Of a stretch of DNA of 64,000 nucleotides, positions 17,528 to 26,484 are shown piece after piece. Source of the stretch: Lacibacter cauensis (lineage in GTDB: Bacteria; Bacteroidota; Bacteroidia; Chitinophagales; Chitinophagaceae); assembly GCF_007830055.1 (NCBI RefSeq), contig NZ_VLLE01000004.1, positions 89,248-153,247 of the forward strand, given 5' to 3'. Numbering within the stretch: position 1 is the first letter of the stretch; each line of letters begins with the position of its first letter. A program made the translations under genes and the position numbers. Below the pieces are notes generated by a model. That model was not told the origin of the DNA, made no database searches, and saw only the letters and a list, made by a program, of their open reading frames with translations.

Positions 17528-19792
17528 TTAGGATTTGCGGTACAGACCCGCCTTTAACTTGGTGAGGGAAACTCCGGTAGCCGTTTTTAGGATTTCATCA
17601 ACTGAACGGGCTGAAAGTTTGAATTGTGAGCCTAACTCTGTTGCCTGTTTCCGGGTGAACTCTTCCGGCAGGGCTTCAAAGAATTTGCGTTTGCTGTCGC
17701 CTGATTGGAAACTCATCACTTCGTTCTGCTTTGGCAGGTTGTTAAACATGAGTAGACTGTGTTGCAAGTAAGTTTGTGCAATGGCAAGGGCTGTATTAAA
17801 ATCTTCATCGGTGCAAAAAACTGTGTCGGTAACTTCACCGTTCTCAAACTTACGGAGTGCTGAAAATATCATGCAAAGCCTGAACATGATTAAGCCTAAA
17901 CGGTACACAATGCCTGAAGCCTCCTCACTGGTAAAAATGGTTACTTCTGAAAGGATGCCTGAAAAGGTTGTGTTTAAAACCTGCCATTGTTCGGGCTGCA
18001 ATTGTACCACTGTTGGCGACTGTTCCAAAAAGCCAATCATGTCTAACACTGATTGAGAAAGTGCCTCAAAATGGTCATTGAAAACAATGGTGTGGCTCTG
18101 TGGTGAAGGGTCTTGCCAAACAATTTCATTTTTGAAAGCATAGAACAGGAAGCGGCTGAATAAGCCATCTTCTGCTGATGCAATCAGCTTTGGAGCTTGT
18201 GCCGGAGTGCCTGACAAGGCAACGGCTAAACGTGGCTCGTTGATTTCAATGTATTCGTTATTGGTTTTACGGGTAAGGGTAATTTTCTCATGGTGGAAGG
18301 CAGCCCGCAGGGCTGGCGAATAGTCGCCCCAATCTTGCTTTTTTGCTCCACTCATGGTATCAGCTTCAGTTTCGCAAATGATACCTTGCCCATCGTTGTT
18401 TTGCAGGTGTTCAATCATCCTGGAATGTGAACTGTCGGCAGGAATGAAAACGATTTTGAAAGGTGGTTCATTCGGTTTTTCGGGTGCAGGTTCTCCTTTC
18501 TTTCTGTTGCGTTGGAGTTCCTTGTAATCTACCATTTCAGCATCATGCCTTTTCTGGGCTTCTCTGCTTGCACCTAATACCTGTTGATGGTATTTGTCAG
18601 CCAATCGTTTTGCGTTCTTTAAAACGCCCTTTCCGCTTGCAGCAGGGGCAATGATAAAAGTGTATAGATGCGGATGCACTCTTTCCTGAAAATAGATGCC
18701 TGTTACTTTTGGAAGGCAACCGCTAATGATTGCAATTGCACCAGTGAAGAACACATCTCTTTTCCGCTTGTCGGAAAAGGCAATTGAGCCTTCTTTAAGG
18801 ATATGGGGCAAAGCCTCATAGACTTCATCAGGAATGGTTGGAGTGGTCTTTAAATAGTCCTCTAAAGGGTCTTCATCTTCCGCCTGTGTATTGGGCTTTG
18901 CAGGTTGCAACTTTGCAGACTTTGCAAACTTTGCAAATTCACCTGCATGGTGGGTGTAGGCACTTTTTACCGCTTCAAGAATTTCTCTTTCAGGTAGGTC
19001 AAAATGCTGCGAACATAAAAGTTCAGTATCGGGCTGCGATATACCAGCTCTGTTGCAATTAGAAGCAAGCAGATAAATAAAATTGTTTCTGTTTCCATCT
19101 GTGTATGATGCTTTTTGATTTGTGAATTGAATTTGTTGATTGAAAAGGAATGCAGCGTTCAGATTTGTATCAGGTAAATCCCGCATCACTTGTGCTGCGG
19201 GTTGCTGCTTTTGCTTAACCTCTTGCTTGGTGATAATTTCATGTACTTGTACTTTGAATTTCTCATTGTAAATATTCTTGTACAGTCCAGGGTGATAACT
19301 CACAAAGCAAAGCCGGGTAATGTCCTTGCAGCTTGGGTCTGCCTTCAAACCTGTTGCTTCTTCGTAATACTTCTGCACTTGTAAATAAGCGATGTCGTGC
19401 TGTTCAATGTCTGTATCTATTTCAACAAACACTTTTAAACCGTTACCGCTTGGGCTGATAAAGCATAAGAAGGTGTAAGGGATTTCGGAAATGACTTTAA
19501 AGGCTGTATTTAGTTGTTCAGGTGTCAGCTTATCAAAATCTAAATGCACAAAACCGCTGTACATTTCAATAAACTGCATTTGCCTTTTCTCTGTGAATAC
19601 TGCGGATGGAGTGAATGCCAACAGTTGCTTTTTTTTGTTGGCAGCTTCTTCCGTTTTGCCTTGCTCCAGTAAAGCCCTGATTTCTTCTACCTCTGCTTTG
19701 TATTTGCCGGAAGCAATATCATTACCGATAAGCAGCAATGATTTTTTTTCAACCGGCACGGTGAAGTTTTTAAATATCGTACATGATGCCAT
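17528..19792 (-). CDS. VirE_N / DUF3987 primase-helicase-like protein (Bacteroidetes mobile-element replication/mobilisation protein)
   Basis: 754 aa. The N-terminal BT4734/VirE-like region is followed by a P-loop (IIAPAASGKGVL) in a DUF3987/D5-like C-terminal region. This is the typical partner of an integrase plus small HTH in Bacteroidota islands. Confidence 0.6.
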   Translation of the reverse strand: MASCTIFKNFTVPVEKKSLLLIGNDIASGKYKAEVEEIRALLEQGKTEEAANKKKQLLAFTPSAVFTEKRQMQFIEMYSGFVHLDFDKLTPEQLNTAFKVISEIPYTFLCFISPSGNGLKVFVEIDTDIEQHDIAYLQVQKYYEEATGLKADPSCKDITRLCFVSYHPGLYKNIYNEKFKVQVHEIITKQEVKQKQQPAAQVMRDLPDTNLNAAFLFNQQIQFTNQKASYTDGNRNNFIYLLASNCNRAGISQPDTELLCSQHFDLPEREILEAVKSAYTHHAGEFAKFAKSAKLQPAKPNTQAEDEDPLEDYLKTTPTIPDEVYEALPHILKEGSIAFSDKRKRDVFFTGAIAIISGCLPKVTGIYFQERVHPHLYTFIIAPAASGKGVLKNAKRLADKYHQQVLGASREAQKRHDAEMVDYKELQRNRKKGEPAPEKPNEPPFKIVFIPADSSHSRMIEHLQNNDGQGIICETEADTMSGAKKQDWGDYSPALRAAFHHEKITLTRKTNNEYIEINEPRLAVALSGTPAQAPKLIASAEDGLFSRFLFYAFKNEIVWQDPSPQSHTIVFNDHFEALSQSVLDMIGFLEQSPTVVQLQPEQWQVLNTTFSGILSEVTIFTSEEASGIVYRLGLIMFRLCMIFSALRKFENGEVTDTVFCTDEDFNTALAIAQTYLQHSLLMFNNLPKQNEVMSFQSGDSKRKFFEALPEEFTRKQATELGSQFKLSARSVDEILKTATGVSLTKLKAGLYRKS
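18896..18940. repeat. Four to five tandem CTTTGCA(A/G) repeats, the reverse complement of the 17449-17492 iterons, inside the primase-like coding sequence
   Basis: Sequence CTTTGCAGGTTGCAACTTTGCAGACTTTGCAAACTTTGCAAATTC. It encodes the ..EFAKFAKSAKLQ.. segment. Confidence 0.55.
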
Positions 19793-19822
19793 TGTTCTGT
19801 TCTTTCAGTTAGTTAAAAAATT

Positions 19823-20128
19823 CTACTTGCTGCGTTTGTTGCGGATTACATAGTCAGTAGCCAACTGGTCAATTTCATCGGCTGCTGATTGGCGGTTACG
19901 TTGTAACCAGTTATCCAACTCCTCCCGTTTGAAGTAGAGTTTTTTACCCTGCGGACAGAAATGGGGAATGTGCTTTGTACTTGTGAGCTTGTACAAATGC
20001 GAAGGACTTACATCTAAATATTTGCAAGCCTCGTTAAAGTTCAGGACTGTTTTTTGCAACAGGTTTTGCTCATCCAGCTTGTTAGCGATTTCGGTGAGCT
20101 TGTCTAAGATTAATTCTTCGTGTGCCAT
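19823..20128 (-). CDS. Small helix-turn-helix DNA-binding protein (excisionase/regulatory, Bacteroidetes mobile-element type)
   Basis: ATG start (MAHEELILDK..) gives ~101 aa. The ORF-track start at 20182 is probably an over-extension. A basic C-terminal helix is present. It lies upstream of the primase-like gene, as in CTn/NBU-like modules. Confidence 0.5.
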   Translation of the reverse strand: MAHEELILDKLTEIANKLDEQNLLQKTVLNFNEACKYLDVSPSHLYKLTSTKHIPHFCPQGKKLYFKREELDNWLQRNRQSAADEIDQLATDYVIRNKRSK

Positions 20129-20233
20129 CTTTTTTAAATTTTTAAATTGATGGCACAAACCTCCTAATTGCTTGAGGGGCAAAGGTTAAGGGGTTAACCC
20201 CTTACTCAGATTACTGAATAATCTTAATGTTTT

Positions 20234-21301
20234 TTATTGCAGTTGTTTGAAAATCTTGTCAATGTTTGCACTCTCCTTTGGCTCAATTTTATTCTTTGAA
20301 CTACTTGCCGAAAGGTTGTTCGCTTTTATCAATGTGTCCTTCTTAGAATAGAAGATTTTTGATTTCTCAATGTTTGCCAATGTGAGGCTATTGAAGTAAG
20401 GCATAAACTTGTCAATGCAATAACGGAAATGCTTTGTTTCGCAGCCTAATTGAATTTTAACTGCACCGGGTAAAATACTTTTTGCTGTAAAGGCTTTTAT
20501 AAGTTCGTCTGCACTGGTAACATCTTCATTGAGTAGGTCTATCTGATAGCACAATTGATTTACAACCGTTGTAAGTTTTGCAACATCATCTTTGAAGCCA
20601 AAGCAAACTGTATCTTGATTACCATTGTACTCTGTATTGCCTTCTGTATCTGCATCAGGCTTTCCGATATATTCTATTTGTTGAACTGCGGAAATAGGTA
20701 ATTCCAAATCCAATAAGTAAAAATCATCCAGTGAAACGGTTTGCTGAAGCTGGGTTTCAAATGCTTTCTGAATGCTGAAATAAAGCAGTATCAATGAATG
20801 TTTAAGGTAATGCAAAGCAAAGTGAATATGATTGCTGCTTTCATCGGGTGTTGTAGTAAAGCCTTGTTCCTGTAATTCGGCTGCGGTTTGTTTGGCTAAG
20901 ACTTTTATGTCGTTAAGGATTTTGCCAACCTGATACTGTATGTCAACTAAATCTGAAAGGGTTGCTGCTTGCAGCAACACAGCATTGTAAACACGAAGTG
21001 TTTCTGCTGTTATTACGAAGTAATAAAAATTCGTCACCGGGTCTTTGTAGCTCGGTAAATCTGTTTTGTATTGCAAAGGCTGCAAGGGGTCTTTAGTATT
21101 AGCAGCAACAGGCAGAAGTTTTTGAAGGGTGGGAAAGTCTGTAAGTAATGCTGTGATTTGCTTATGCAAATCTGCATTGGTAACTGGTGAAGCTGCTTTT
21201 GCAGCTTTCACCAATTCAACAAACCGCCTTGTATTGGTGGTGTCAAGTTTCCACGGCTTTAAAGTACCGTGCATTATACTGTCTAATATTTTTACTTCCA
21301 T
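20234..21301 (-). CDS. Hypothetical protein (island-encoded; possible RteC-like/regulatory role)
   Basis: 355 aa with no motif I can assign. It is translationally adjacent to the integrase (3-nt gap). Confidence 0.4.
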   Translation of the reverse strand: MEVKILDSIMHGTLKPWKLDTTNTRRFVELVKAAKAASPVTNADLHKQITALLTDFPTLQKLLPVAANTKDPLQPLQYKTDLPSYKDPVTNFYYFVITAETLRVYNAVLLQAATLSDLVDIQYQVGKILNDIKVLAKQTAAELQEQGFTTTPDESSNHIHFALHYLKHSLILLYFSIQKAFETQLQQTVSLDDFYLLDLELPISAVQQIEYIGKPDADTEGNTEYNGNQDTVCFGFKDDVAKLTTVVNQLCYQIDLLNEDVTSADELIKAFTAKSILPGAVKIQLGCETKHFRYCIDKFMPYFNSLTLANIEKSKIFYSKKDTLIKANNLSASSSKNKIEPKESANIDKIFKQLQ

Positions 21302-21303
21302 TA

Positions 21304-22410
21304 CTATAAATCTATTTTGATGCGGTTTGCAGCTTCTTTCTTTTTATGGTCAATCACTTTTGCATAAATCTCTGTTGTCTTTAAATGCTTATGCCCTAAC
21401 ATTTTTGATACTGTGTAAATATCACTACCTAAAGTTAGTTGTAATGTTGCGTAGGTGTGCCTTGCACAGTGAAAGGTGATTGTTTTGCTTATACCTGCCC
21501 TCATTGCCCATTGCTGCAATCGCAGGTTGTGCCAGGCTGAATATTTCAACCCTATAAAAACTCTTTCTTTTGGTTCGCCTCTTTCACCTAACAAACTAAA
21601 AGCCTGTTCGGAAATGGGTAATGTTTCAGAGCCTTTTGTTTTCTTTTGAGTGTAGCGGATGTAGTGCCCGATTTCATCAGAGTATTGCAGCTCCATCCAT
21701 GTGAGTTTTTGAATATCACTCCAACGCAAACCAGTTAAGGCACTGAACAAGAAAGCTGTTTTCATTTGTGGTATATCGCATTCAGCTTTAGCCATCGCCT
21801 GTAATTCTTCTTGTGTCAAAAATTCTCTTTCCGGTTCACCTGCTTTTATTCCTTCAATGGTATCGCATGGGTTACGCTGTATGATTTCATCTTTTAAAGC
21901 CTGTTTTAATGCTGCCCTTACTTTATTGAAATAGGAGCTTTGCGAATTTTGAGAAAGTGGCTGATTGGCAGGGGTACGGGCTTGCTTCATCAGGTATTCT
22001 TTGAAACCTTCCAACCATGCTTTATCCACTTGGGTAAATGTTACATCATGCTTGCAATACTTCTTCATGTGTTTTAGCACACTATCCCAATTGCCATAAT
22101 TGCCCTGACTGTCTTTCCTTTCTTCCATGAGGTATTCAAAGTAGCGAAGGAAACTGCCTTTCATCTTGCCCTGGTCTTGGAAACCATAAATGCCATTCTG
22201 CAACTCCAAATGTCTTTTGCTGCGGATGGCTTCTGCAAGTGCTAAGTTCTTACGGTTTTCTTCCTTCTGTTCCTTTGTCAGTTTACCTTTCTCCGGGTCG
22301 GGATAAAGTGTAAGCTGCAAATGTTCATAGTTGCGTTTGCCTTGATGGTAGTAGTCAAGGTATAAAGTGATTTTATCACCTTTGAGCCGTTGGCGAAGTG
22401 TTACTTTCAT
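21304..22410 (-). CDS. Site-specific tyrosine recombinase / integrase
   Basis: 368 aa with an N-terminal SAM-like/arm-binding region and a C-terminal catalytic region: ...LRWSDI..., HCARHTYATLQL..., LGHKHLKTTEIYAKV (R..H..R..Y). Confidence 0.85.
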   Translation of the reverse strand: MKVTLRQRLKGDKITLYLDYYHQGKRNYEHLQLTLYPDPEKGKLTKEQKEENRKNLALAEAIRSKRHLELQNGIYGFQDQGKMKGSFLRYFEYLMEERKDSQGNYGNWDSVLKHMKKYCKHDVTFTQVDKAWLEGFKEYLMKQARTPANQPLSQNSQSSYFNKVRAALKQALKDEIIQRNPCDTIEGIKAGEPEREFLTQEELQAMAKAECDIPQMKTAFLFSALTGLRWSDIQKLTWMELQYSDEIGHYIRYTQKKTKGSETLPISEQAFSLLGERGEPKERVFIGLKYSAWHNLRLQQWAMRAGISKTITFHCARHTYATLQLTLGSDIYTVSKMLGHKHLKTTEIYAKVIDHKKKEAANRIKIDL

Positions 22411-22418
22411 TCTTTCAG

Positions 22419-22766
22419 TTATTTAAAAAGATTATTAATTTCTGTTCTTGGAATGATAGTACGACTGCCCAACTTGGAAGCCTTTAAACTCCCTGCATCA
22501 ATCAACCTGTAAATGGTCCATCTGCTGGCTCCGATTAACTGGCAAGTTTCCTTTACACTCAGGAACTCCTTTTGGGTAACAATGGGGTTGAATGGTTTCT
22601 GCTCATTCTCTTTCTGAATAACAGCTTCAACCTTTGCATTTCTTGCCCTCTGTTTGTAGGCTGCACTTGCACAGCGATGGGAACAACATTTAGTTGTTGT
22701 CTTCTGTGTAATGAATTTTTTGCCGCAGTGCTGACAGGTTTTTTCTACTTTAATCGTACTACTCAT
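22419..22766 (-). CDS. Zinc-ribbon + HTH excisionase-family DNA-binding protein
   Basis: 115 aa with CQHCGKK..CCSHRC (zinc ribbon) and a C-terminal MerR/Xis-like HTH (CQLIGASRWTIYRLIDAG). Confidence 0.6.
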   Translation of the reverse strand: MSSTIKVEKTCQHCGKKFITQKTTTKCCSHRCASAAYKQRARNAKVEAVIQKENEQKPFNPIVTQKEFLSVKETCQLIGASRWTIYRLIDAGSLKASKLGSRTIIPRTEINNLFK

Positions 22767-22767
22767 T

Positions 22768-22921
22768 TTGTTGCTCTTTGTGGCTAACTGTTGCAGGGTG
22801 TAGCTGTGTGTAGCATCATTTCACCACTTACTGAATTTTTGTTGCTCGGAAACATGAGCAACAAATCAAGGCAACAATTAGGCAACAAATATAAGTAAAA
22901 AAGAGTAGTTTGGCAACAAAT
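22768..22921. repeat. Cluster of GCAACAA motifs: two inverted (TTGTTGCTC) and four direct (GaGCAACAAAT / GGCAACAAtT / GGCAACAAAT ×2). Candidate arm-type/regulatory sites at the island end.
   Basis: Read directly. Inverted copies are at 22768-22776 and 22840-22848. Direct copies are at 22856-22866, 22870-22879, 22881-22890 and 22912-22921. The palindrome TTGTTGCTCggaaacatGAGCAACAA is at 22840-22864. Confidence 0.6.
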
Positions 22922-22985
22922 AAAAGAAGGAAAAATCAGCTAAAACCTATGAAAAACAAGCACTTAGCAAACAAAGGAAAGATAA

Positions 22986-24365
22986 TTACTTTCCGATACA
23001 GAATTTGCTGAAGATAAAATCCAGCCTGTCTTCGTTTGTAATTTCGCCTGTTATTTCTCCAAGGAAGTGCAGGCAACGCCTGATATCCAAAGCAAGTAAA
23101 TCTCCAGACAATTGATTATTTAACCCATTAAAAATATCCGTCAATGCTTTTTGTACTTCCTGGAGAGCTGTATAATGGCGTGCATTTGTGATAATGGTAT
23201 TTTCCGTTTGAACAGTACCTTGTACTACTTTATCAACCAATCGTTGTTTTAATAAATCGATATGCAGTTTCGATTTAGCAGCAATAAAGAGTACCGCATC
23301 ACCAGAAAATTTTTCCTGCGCAACATCTTCAGTTAAGGTGTCTACTTTATTGCCAACCAGTAAGAAGTTTGTATTATGTTCCTGAATTTGATGGTAGGCG
23401 GCTTCAACTGTTGCCTGTGTTTCTTCGTTTACATCAAACAAATAAACCACAAGGTCAGCGGCCTTCATTTTTTCAATGCTCTTTTCTACACCTATTGTTT
23501 CAATTACGTCCCTGCTTTCACGAATGCCAGCTGTATCGATTAAACGAAACAGGATGCCGTTGATATTGAGTACTTCTTCAATCGTATCTCTTGTTGTTCC
23601 TGCAATGTCGCTTACAATAGCTCTGTTTTCGTTTAACAACGTATTAAGCAGTGTTGATTTACCTGCATTAGGTTTGCCAACAATGGCTACACTTACACCA
23701 TTTTTAATAACGTTACCGAGTTTAAACGACTGCAACAACTCGGTTGTAACCTGCTGCATTCTTGCAATAAGTTCATAAAAGCGTGAGCGGTCTGCAAACT
23801 CAACATCTTCCTGCGAAAAGTCGAGCTCTAATTCTATTAAGGCTGAAAACTGTATGAGTTGTTCCCTTAGTTCTTTTAATACACCCGAAAAACCTCCACG
23901 TATATTGTGCAATGCTGTTTTTTGCGAAGCTTCGGTATTACTTGCAATTAAGTCTGCAACTGCCTCAGCCTGTGTTAAATCGAGTTTACCTTTAAGAAAA
24001 GCCCTTTGTGTAAACTCACCGGGTTTTGCCAAACGTGCACCGTATTTGGTAAGTGTGTGTATTACCTGCTCTTGTATAAACGGAGACCCATGACAGGAAA
24101 TTTCAATAACATCTTCGCCTGTATAACTTCGTGGGTTCTTGAATAATGAAACCACCACTTCATCCAGAACCTTATCACCATCTTTTAAAAAGCCTACATG
24201 GATTGTATGCGATTTTTGCTGTGCTAAATCTTTAGATGGAAACAATTGGTTAACGATTGTAATTGCGTTGTCGCCACTTAAACGAATGACTCCTATTGCA
24301 CCAATACCATGTGGCGTTGCCAAGGCAACAATTGTATCTTCCCAACCCGATAGTTTTCCAAGCAT
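22986..24365 (-). CDS. mnmE: tRNA modification GTPase MnmE (TrmE)
   Basis: 459 aa. G-domain motifs are GKPNAGKST and DTAGIRE, the N-terminal is GAIGVIRLSG, and the hallmark C-terminal is FSKFCIGK. Confidence 0.9.
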   Translation of the reverse strand: MLGKLSGWEDTIVALATPHGIGAIGVIRLSGDNAITIVNQLFPSKDLAQQKSHTIHVGFLKDGDKVLDEVVVSLFKNPRSYTGEDVIEISCHGSPFIQEQVIHTLTKYGARLAKPGEFTQRAFLKGKLDLTQAEAVADLIASNTEASQKTALHNIRGGFSGVLKELREQLIQFSALIELELDFSQEDVEFADRSRFYELIARMQQVTTELLQSFKLGNVIKNGVSVAIVGKPNAGKSTLLNTLLNENRAIVSDIAGTTRDTIEEVLNINGILFRLIDTAGIRESRDVIETIGVEKSIEKMKAADLVVYLFDVNEETQATVEAAYHQIQEHNTNFLLVGNKVDTLTEDVAQEKFSGDAVLFIAAKSKLHIDLLKQRLVDKVVQGTVQTENTIITNARHYTALQEVQKALTDIFNGLNNQLSGDLLALDIRRCLHFLGEITGEITNEDRLDFIFSKFCIGK

Positions 24366-24397
24366 ATTGCAAATTTAACGTTTGCCCGCTTGCCTTG

Positions 24398-24874
24398 CTA
24401 CTTTTGTGCAGTTGCATCTACCAAAACATATTTACGAATATCAAGTATTCTCATTTCATCCATCACGTCAATCATCTCTTTGTACGAAGCATCAGGACCT
24501 GGGGCAATTAGTACCGTATAATTCGAATCACTATGCAGCTGATCGATAATACGTTTACGCTTGTTCAGCAGATGATCCCGTAAAGTATTTTGATTATAAA
24601 GTGTGAGTGTGCCTTTTTGAATAGGGCGACTTTCGAATCCTTCAAAATAATCTACAACACCATTGCCTTTCATCTGCAATGTAATGGTCGCTGACTCAGG
24701 TGTTTGACTTGGATCTACAAGTTCTCCGTCATCAGGTACATGCAAACCAAAAGCTCTTGGTTTGGATAGTTGTGTTGTAAAAATGAAGAATGTAATTAAA
24801 AGGAAACCAAGATCTACCAGTGGAGTAAAGTCAACACGTACTGTACGTTTGTCGTTGGTATCAATTGCAGCCAT
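24398..24874 (-). CDS. exbD: Biopolymer transport protein ExbD/TolR
   Basis: ATG start MAAIDTNDKRTVRVDFTPLVDLGFLLITFFIFTT (ExbD signature). The ORF-track start at 24970 is an over-extension. Confidence 0.8.
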   Translation of the reverse strand: MAAIDTNDKRTVRVDFTPLVDLGFLLITFFIFTTQLSKPRAFGLHVPDDGELVDPSQTPESATITLQMKGNGVVDYFEGFESRPIQKGTLTLYNQNTLRDHLLNKRKRIIDQLHSDSNYTVLIAPGPDASYKEMIDVMDEMRILDIRKYVLVDATAQK

Positions 24875-25018
24875 AATAGTTGTTTTTATTGAGATGGCTA
24901 CACGAAAAAAATCCATACCGCAAACAGAAATTGTTTGTTTGGGCCTTAGCGTATAAACAAAAGTCCCCATCGGAAATCCGATGGGGAGCTTGCTTGTATA
25001 TTCCTTCTTGAAAAGGTC

Positions 25019-25846
25019 TTACGGTTGCTCATCTGGCAAGCGGAACGTAATCTTCTGACGGCGCCATGCTTTTACCTGACGACCGTTTTGAATTGCAGGA
25101 ATCCACTTTGGTCCACGCTTGATTGCATTTACTGCAACCTCAGCTAATTTAGAACCTTTCATTGAAAGTGCTTCCACATTACTTACGTTGCCTTCTTTAT
25201 CCACGATAAACTGAACCTCACATGTACCTGCTTGACCATCGTCAACCAGATCATCGATATTTTTCTCTACTTCACGTTGTACATATTGGTTCCATTTACC
25301 TTCTCCACCAGGGAACTGGGCTTCTACCTCCACTTTGGTAAACACCTGGTTTTCGTCTTCCTTAGGAGCTTCCACCACTTTGGTTTCTTCTTCTACTTTT
25401 GGAGGATTTACTACTTCAGGATCTTTAATACCTTCCTGGTCGATTTTACCTACGTTGGTAATTTCTTCCTGCTCCTTTACTTCTTGTTTTTCATCGAATT
25501 TTTCGTCTTCTACAATTTTAGGAGGCGTAAACTTCGTGATTTCAATTTTCGGGGGCTCCTGCTTTGGAGGAGGTGGGGGTGGCGGCTCAATTTTTTGAGG
25601 CTCTTCCTGTTTAATATCGGCCAGGGTTACATCCTGTACCTTTACTTTCGTCTTATCAGCATTACCTACGCTGCGGCTAACAATCACACTGATGAAAATC
25701 AACAGAGCCATCCCTGCTGTAATCAACAAAGCTGTTGTTAAACGGCGTTTGTAATTTTTTCGGAGTTCATAAGCACCGTAATCTTTATTCCTGCCATCAA
25801 ACAGGATATCAAGAAAATCGGCGTTTAATATTTTATTTACTTCCAT
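25019..25846 (-). CDS. tonB: Energy transducer TonB
   Basis: 275 aa with an N-terminal TM, a Pro/Glu/Lys-rich spacer (PPPPPPKQEPP) and a C-terminal TonB domain. Confidence 0.8.
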   Translation of the reverse strand: MEVNKILNADFLDILFDGRNKDYGAYELRKNYKRRLTTALLITAGMALLIFISVIVSRSVGNADKTKVKVQDVTLADIKQEEPQKIEPPPPPPPKQEPPKIEITKFTPPKIVEDEKFDEKQEVKEQEEITNVGKIDQEGIKDPEVVNPPKVEEETKVVEAPKEDENQVFTKVEVEAQFPGGEGKWNQYVQREVEKNIDDLVDDGQAGTCEVQFIVDKEGNVSNVEALSMKGSKLAEVAVNAIKRGPKWIPAIQNGRQVKAWRRQKITFRLPDEQP

Positions 25847-25897
25847 AATTAACGGTTGTGTTTTGTGTTAGATGCAAAATCCGGATTATTCCATACG

Positions 25898-26461
25898 TTA
25901 TTTTCCGCCGGCTGCAGGAGCTGGGGCAGATGTTCCTTCGGTTACCCGAATTAAAGCATTTTCGCCCTCTGCTATATCTACAACAGCGTAACGTTTAATT
26001 TCCAGTATCTGCATTTCATCAAGCATGTCCACTACATTTTTGTAGTTCGCTTCTTCGTTTGGCTTGATGATCACAACGAGATCTTTTTCTGCTGTGGAGC
26101 CTTTTTTACGCAACAGTTCGTTCCGGATTTCTTTAAAGTTGGAAGACTTAAAATTCGATCCGTCGCTTTGCAACTGCCCTTCGTAATAGTATACGTGGTT
26201 GCTCTTACTCAGCAACACCGTAAAGGCGCCTGAAGCTTTTGCCTGGGTCTGCTCTTCATCTTTCGCACTATCATCAGGAACATTCAGCTTAAATGCTTTA
26301 GGGCTATTGATGGTCGTAGTAAAGATAAAGAACGTGATCAACAGGAACCCGAGATCAACCATGGGCGTCATATCTACACGGGCATCTTTCCGAGCCTGCT
26401 TCTTGACCCCCGGGCCTTTCTTATGGCCACCTCCGCCGGAGTCTTGTGCTATCTCTGCCAT
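25898..26461 (-). CDS. exbD: ExbD/TolR family protein
   Basis: 187 aa with MTPMVDLGFLLITFFIFTT. Confidence 0.8.
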   Translation of the reverse strand: MAEIAQDSGGGGHKKGPGVKKQARKDARVDMTPMVDLGFLLITFFIFTTTINSPKAFKLNVPDDSAKDEEQTQAKASGAFTVLLSKSNHVYYYEGQLQSDGSNFKSSNFKEIRNELLRKKGSTAEKDLVVIIKPNEEANYKNVVDMLDEMQILEIKRYAVVDIAEGENALIRVTEGTSAPAPAAGGK

Positions 26462-26484
26462 TGTTCAGTTTTTAATGTTATAAA

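Larger units (their letters stand above)
9459..22985. mobile_element. Integrative genomic island (non-conjugative) carrying a defence operon. The right end is next to the 3' end of mnmE and the left boundary is uncertain.
   Basis: A tyrosine integrase, Xis-like HTH, small HTH and VirE_N/DUF3987 primase-like gene sit at the right end next to mnmE. The cargo is RM / ATPase-DUF4276 / pAgo. No relaxase or T4SS genes are present. The boundary could instead lie further left and include the efflux/TCS genes. Confidence 0.45.

Noticed and set aside
9459-22985. Interpreting island 1 as a conjugative ICE/CTn
   Set aside because: No relaxase, coupling protein or tra genes are present in 13.5 kb. Only integrase, Xis-like and primase-like genes are found, so it is more likely a mobilisable or immobile genomic island.
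25232-25741. 169-aa and 87-aa plus-strand ORFs inside tonB
   Set aside because: They are antisense translations of the Pro/Glu/Lys-rich TonB spacer, giving an F/L/R-rich low-complexity product with no start context.
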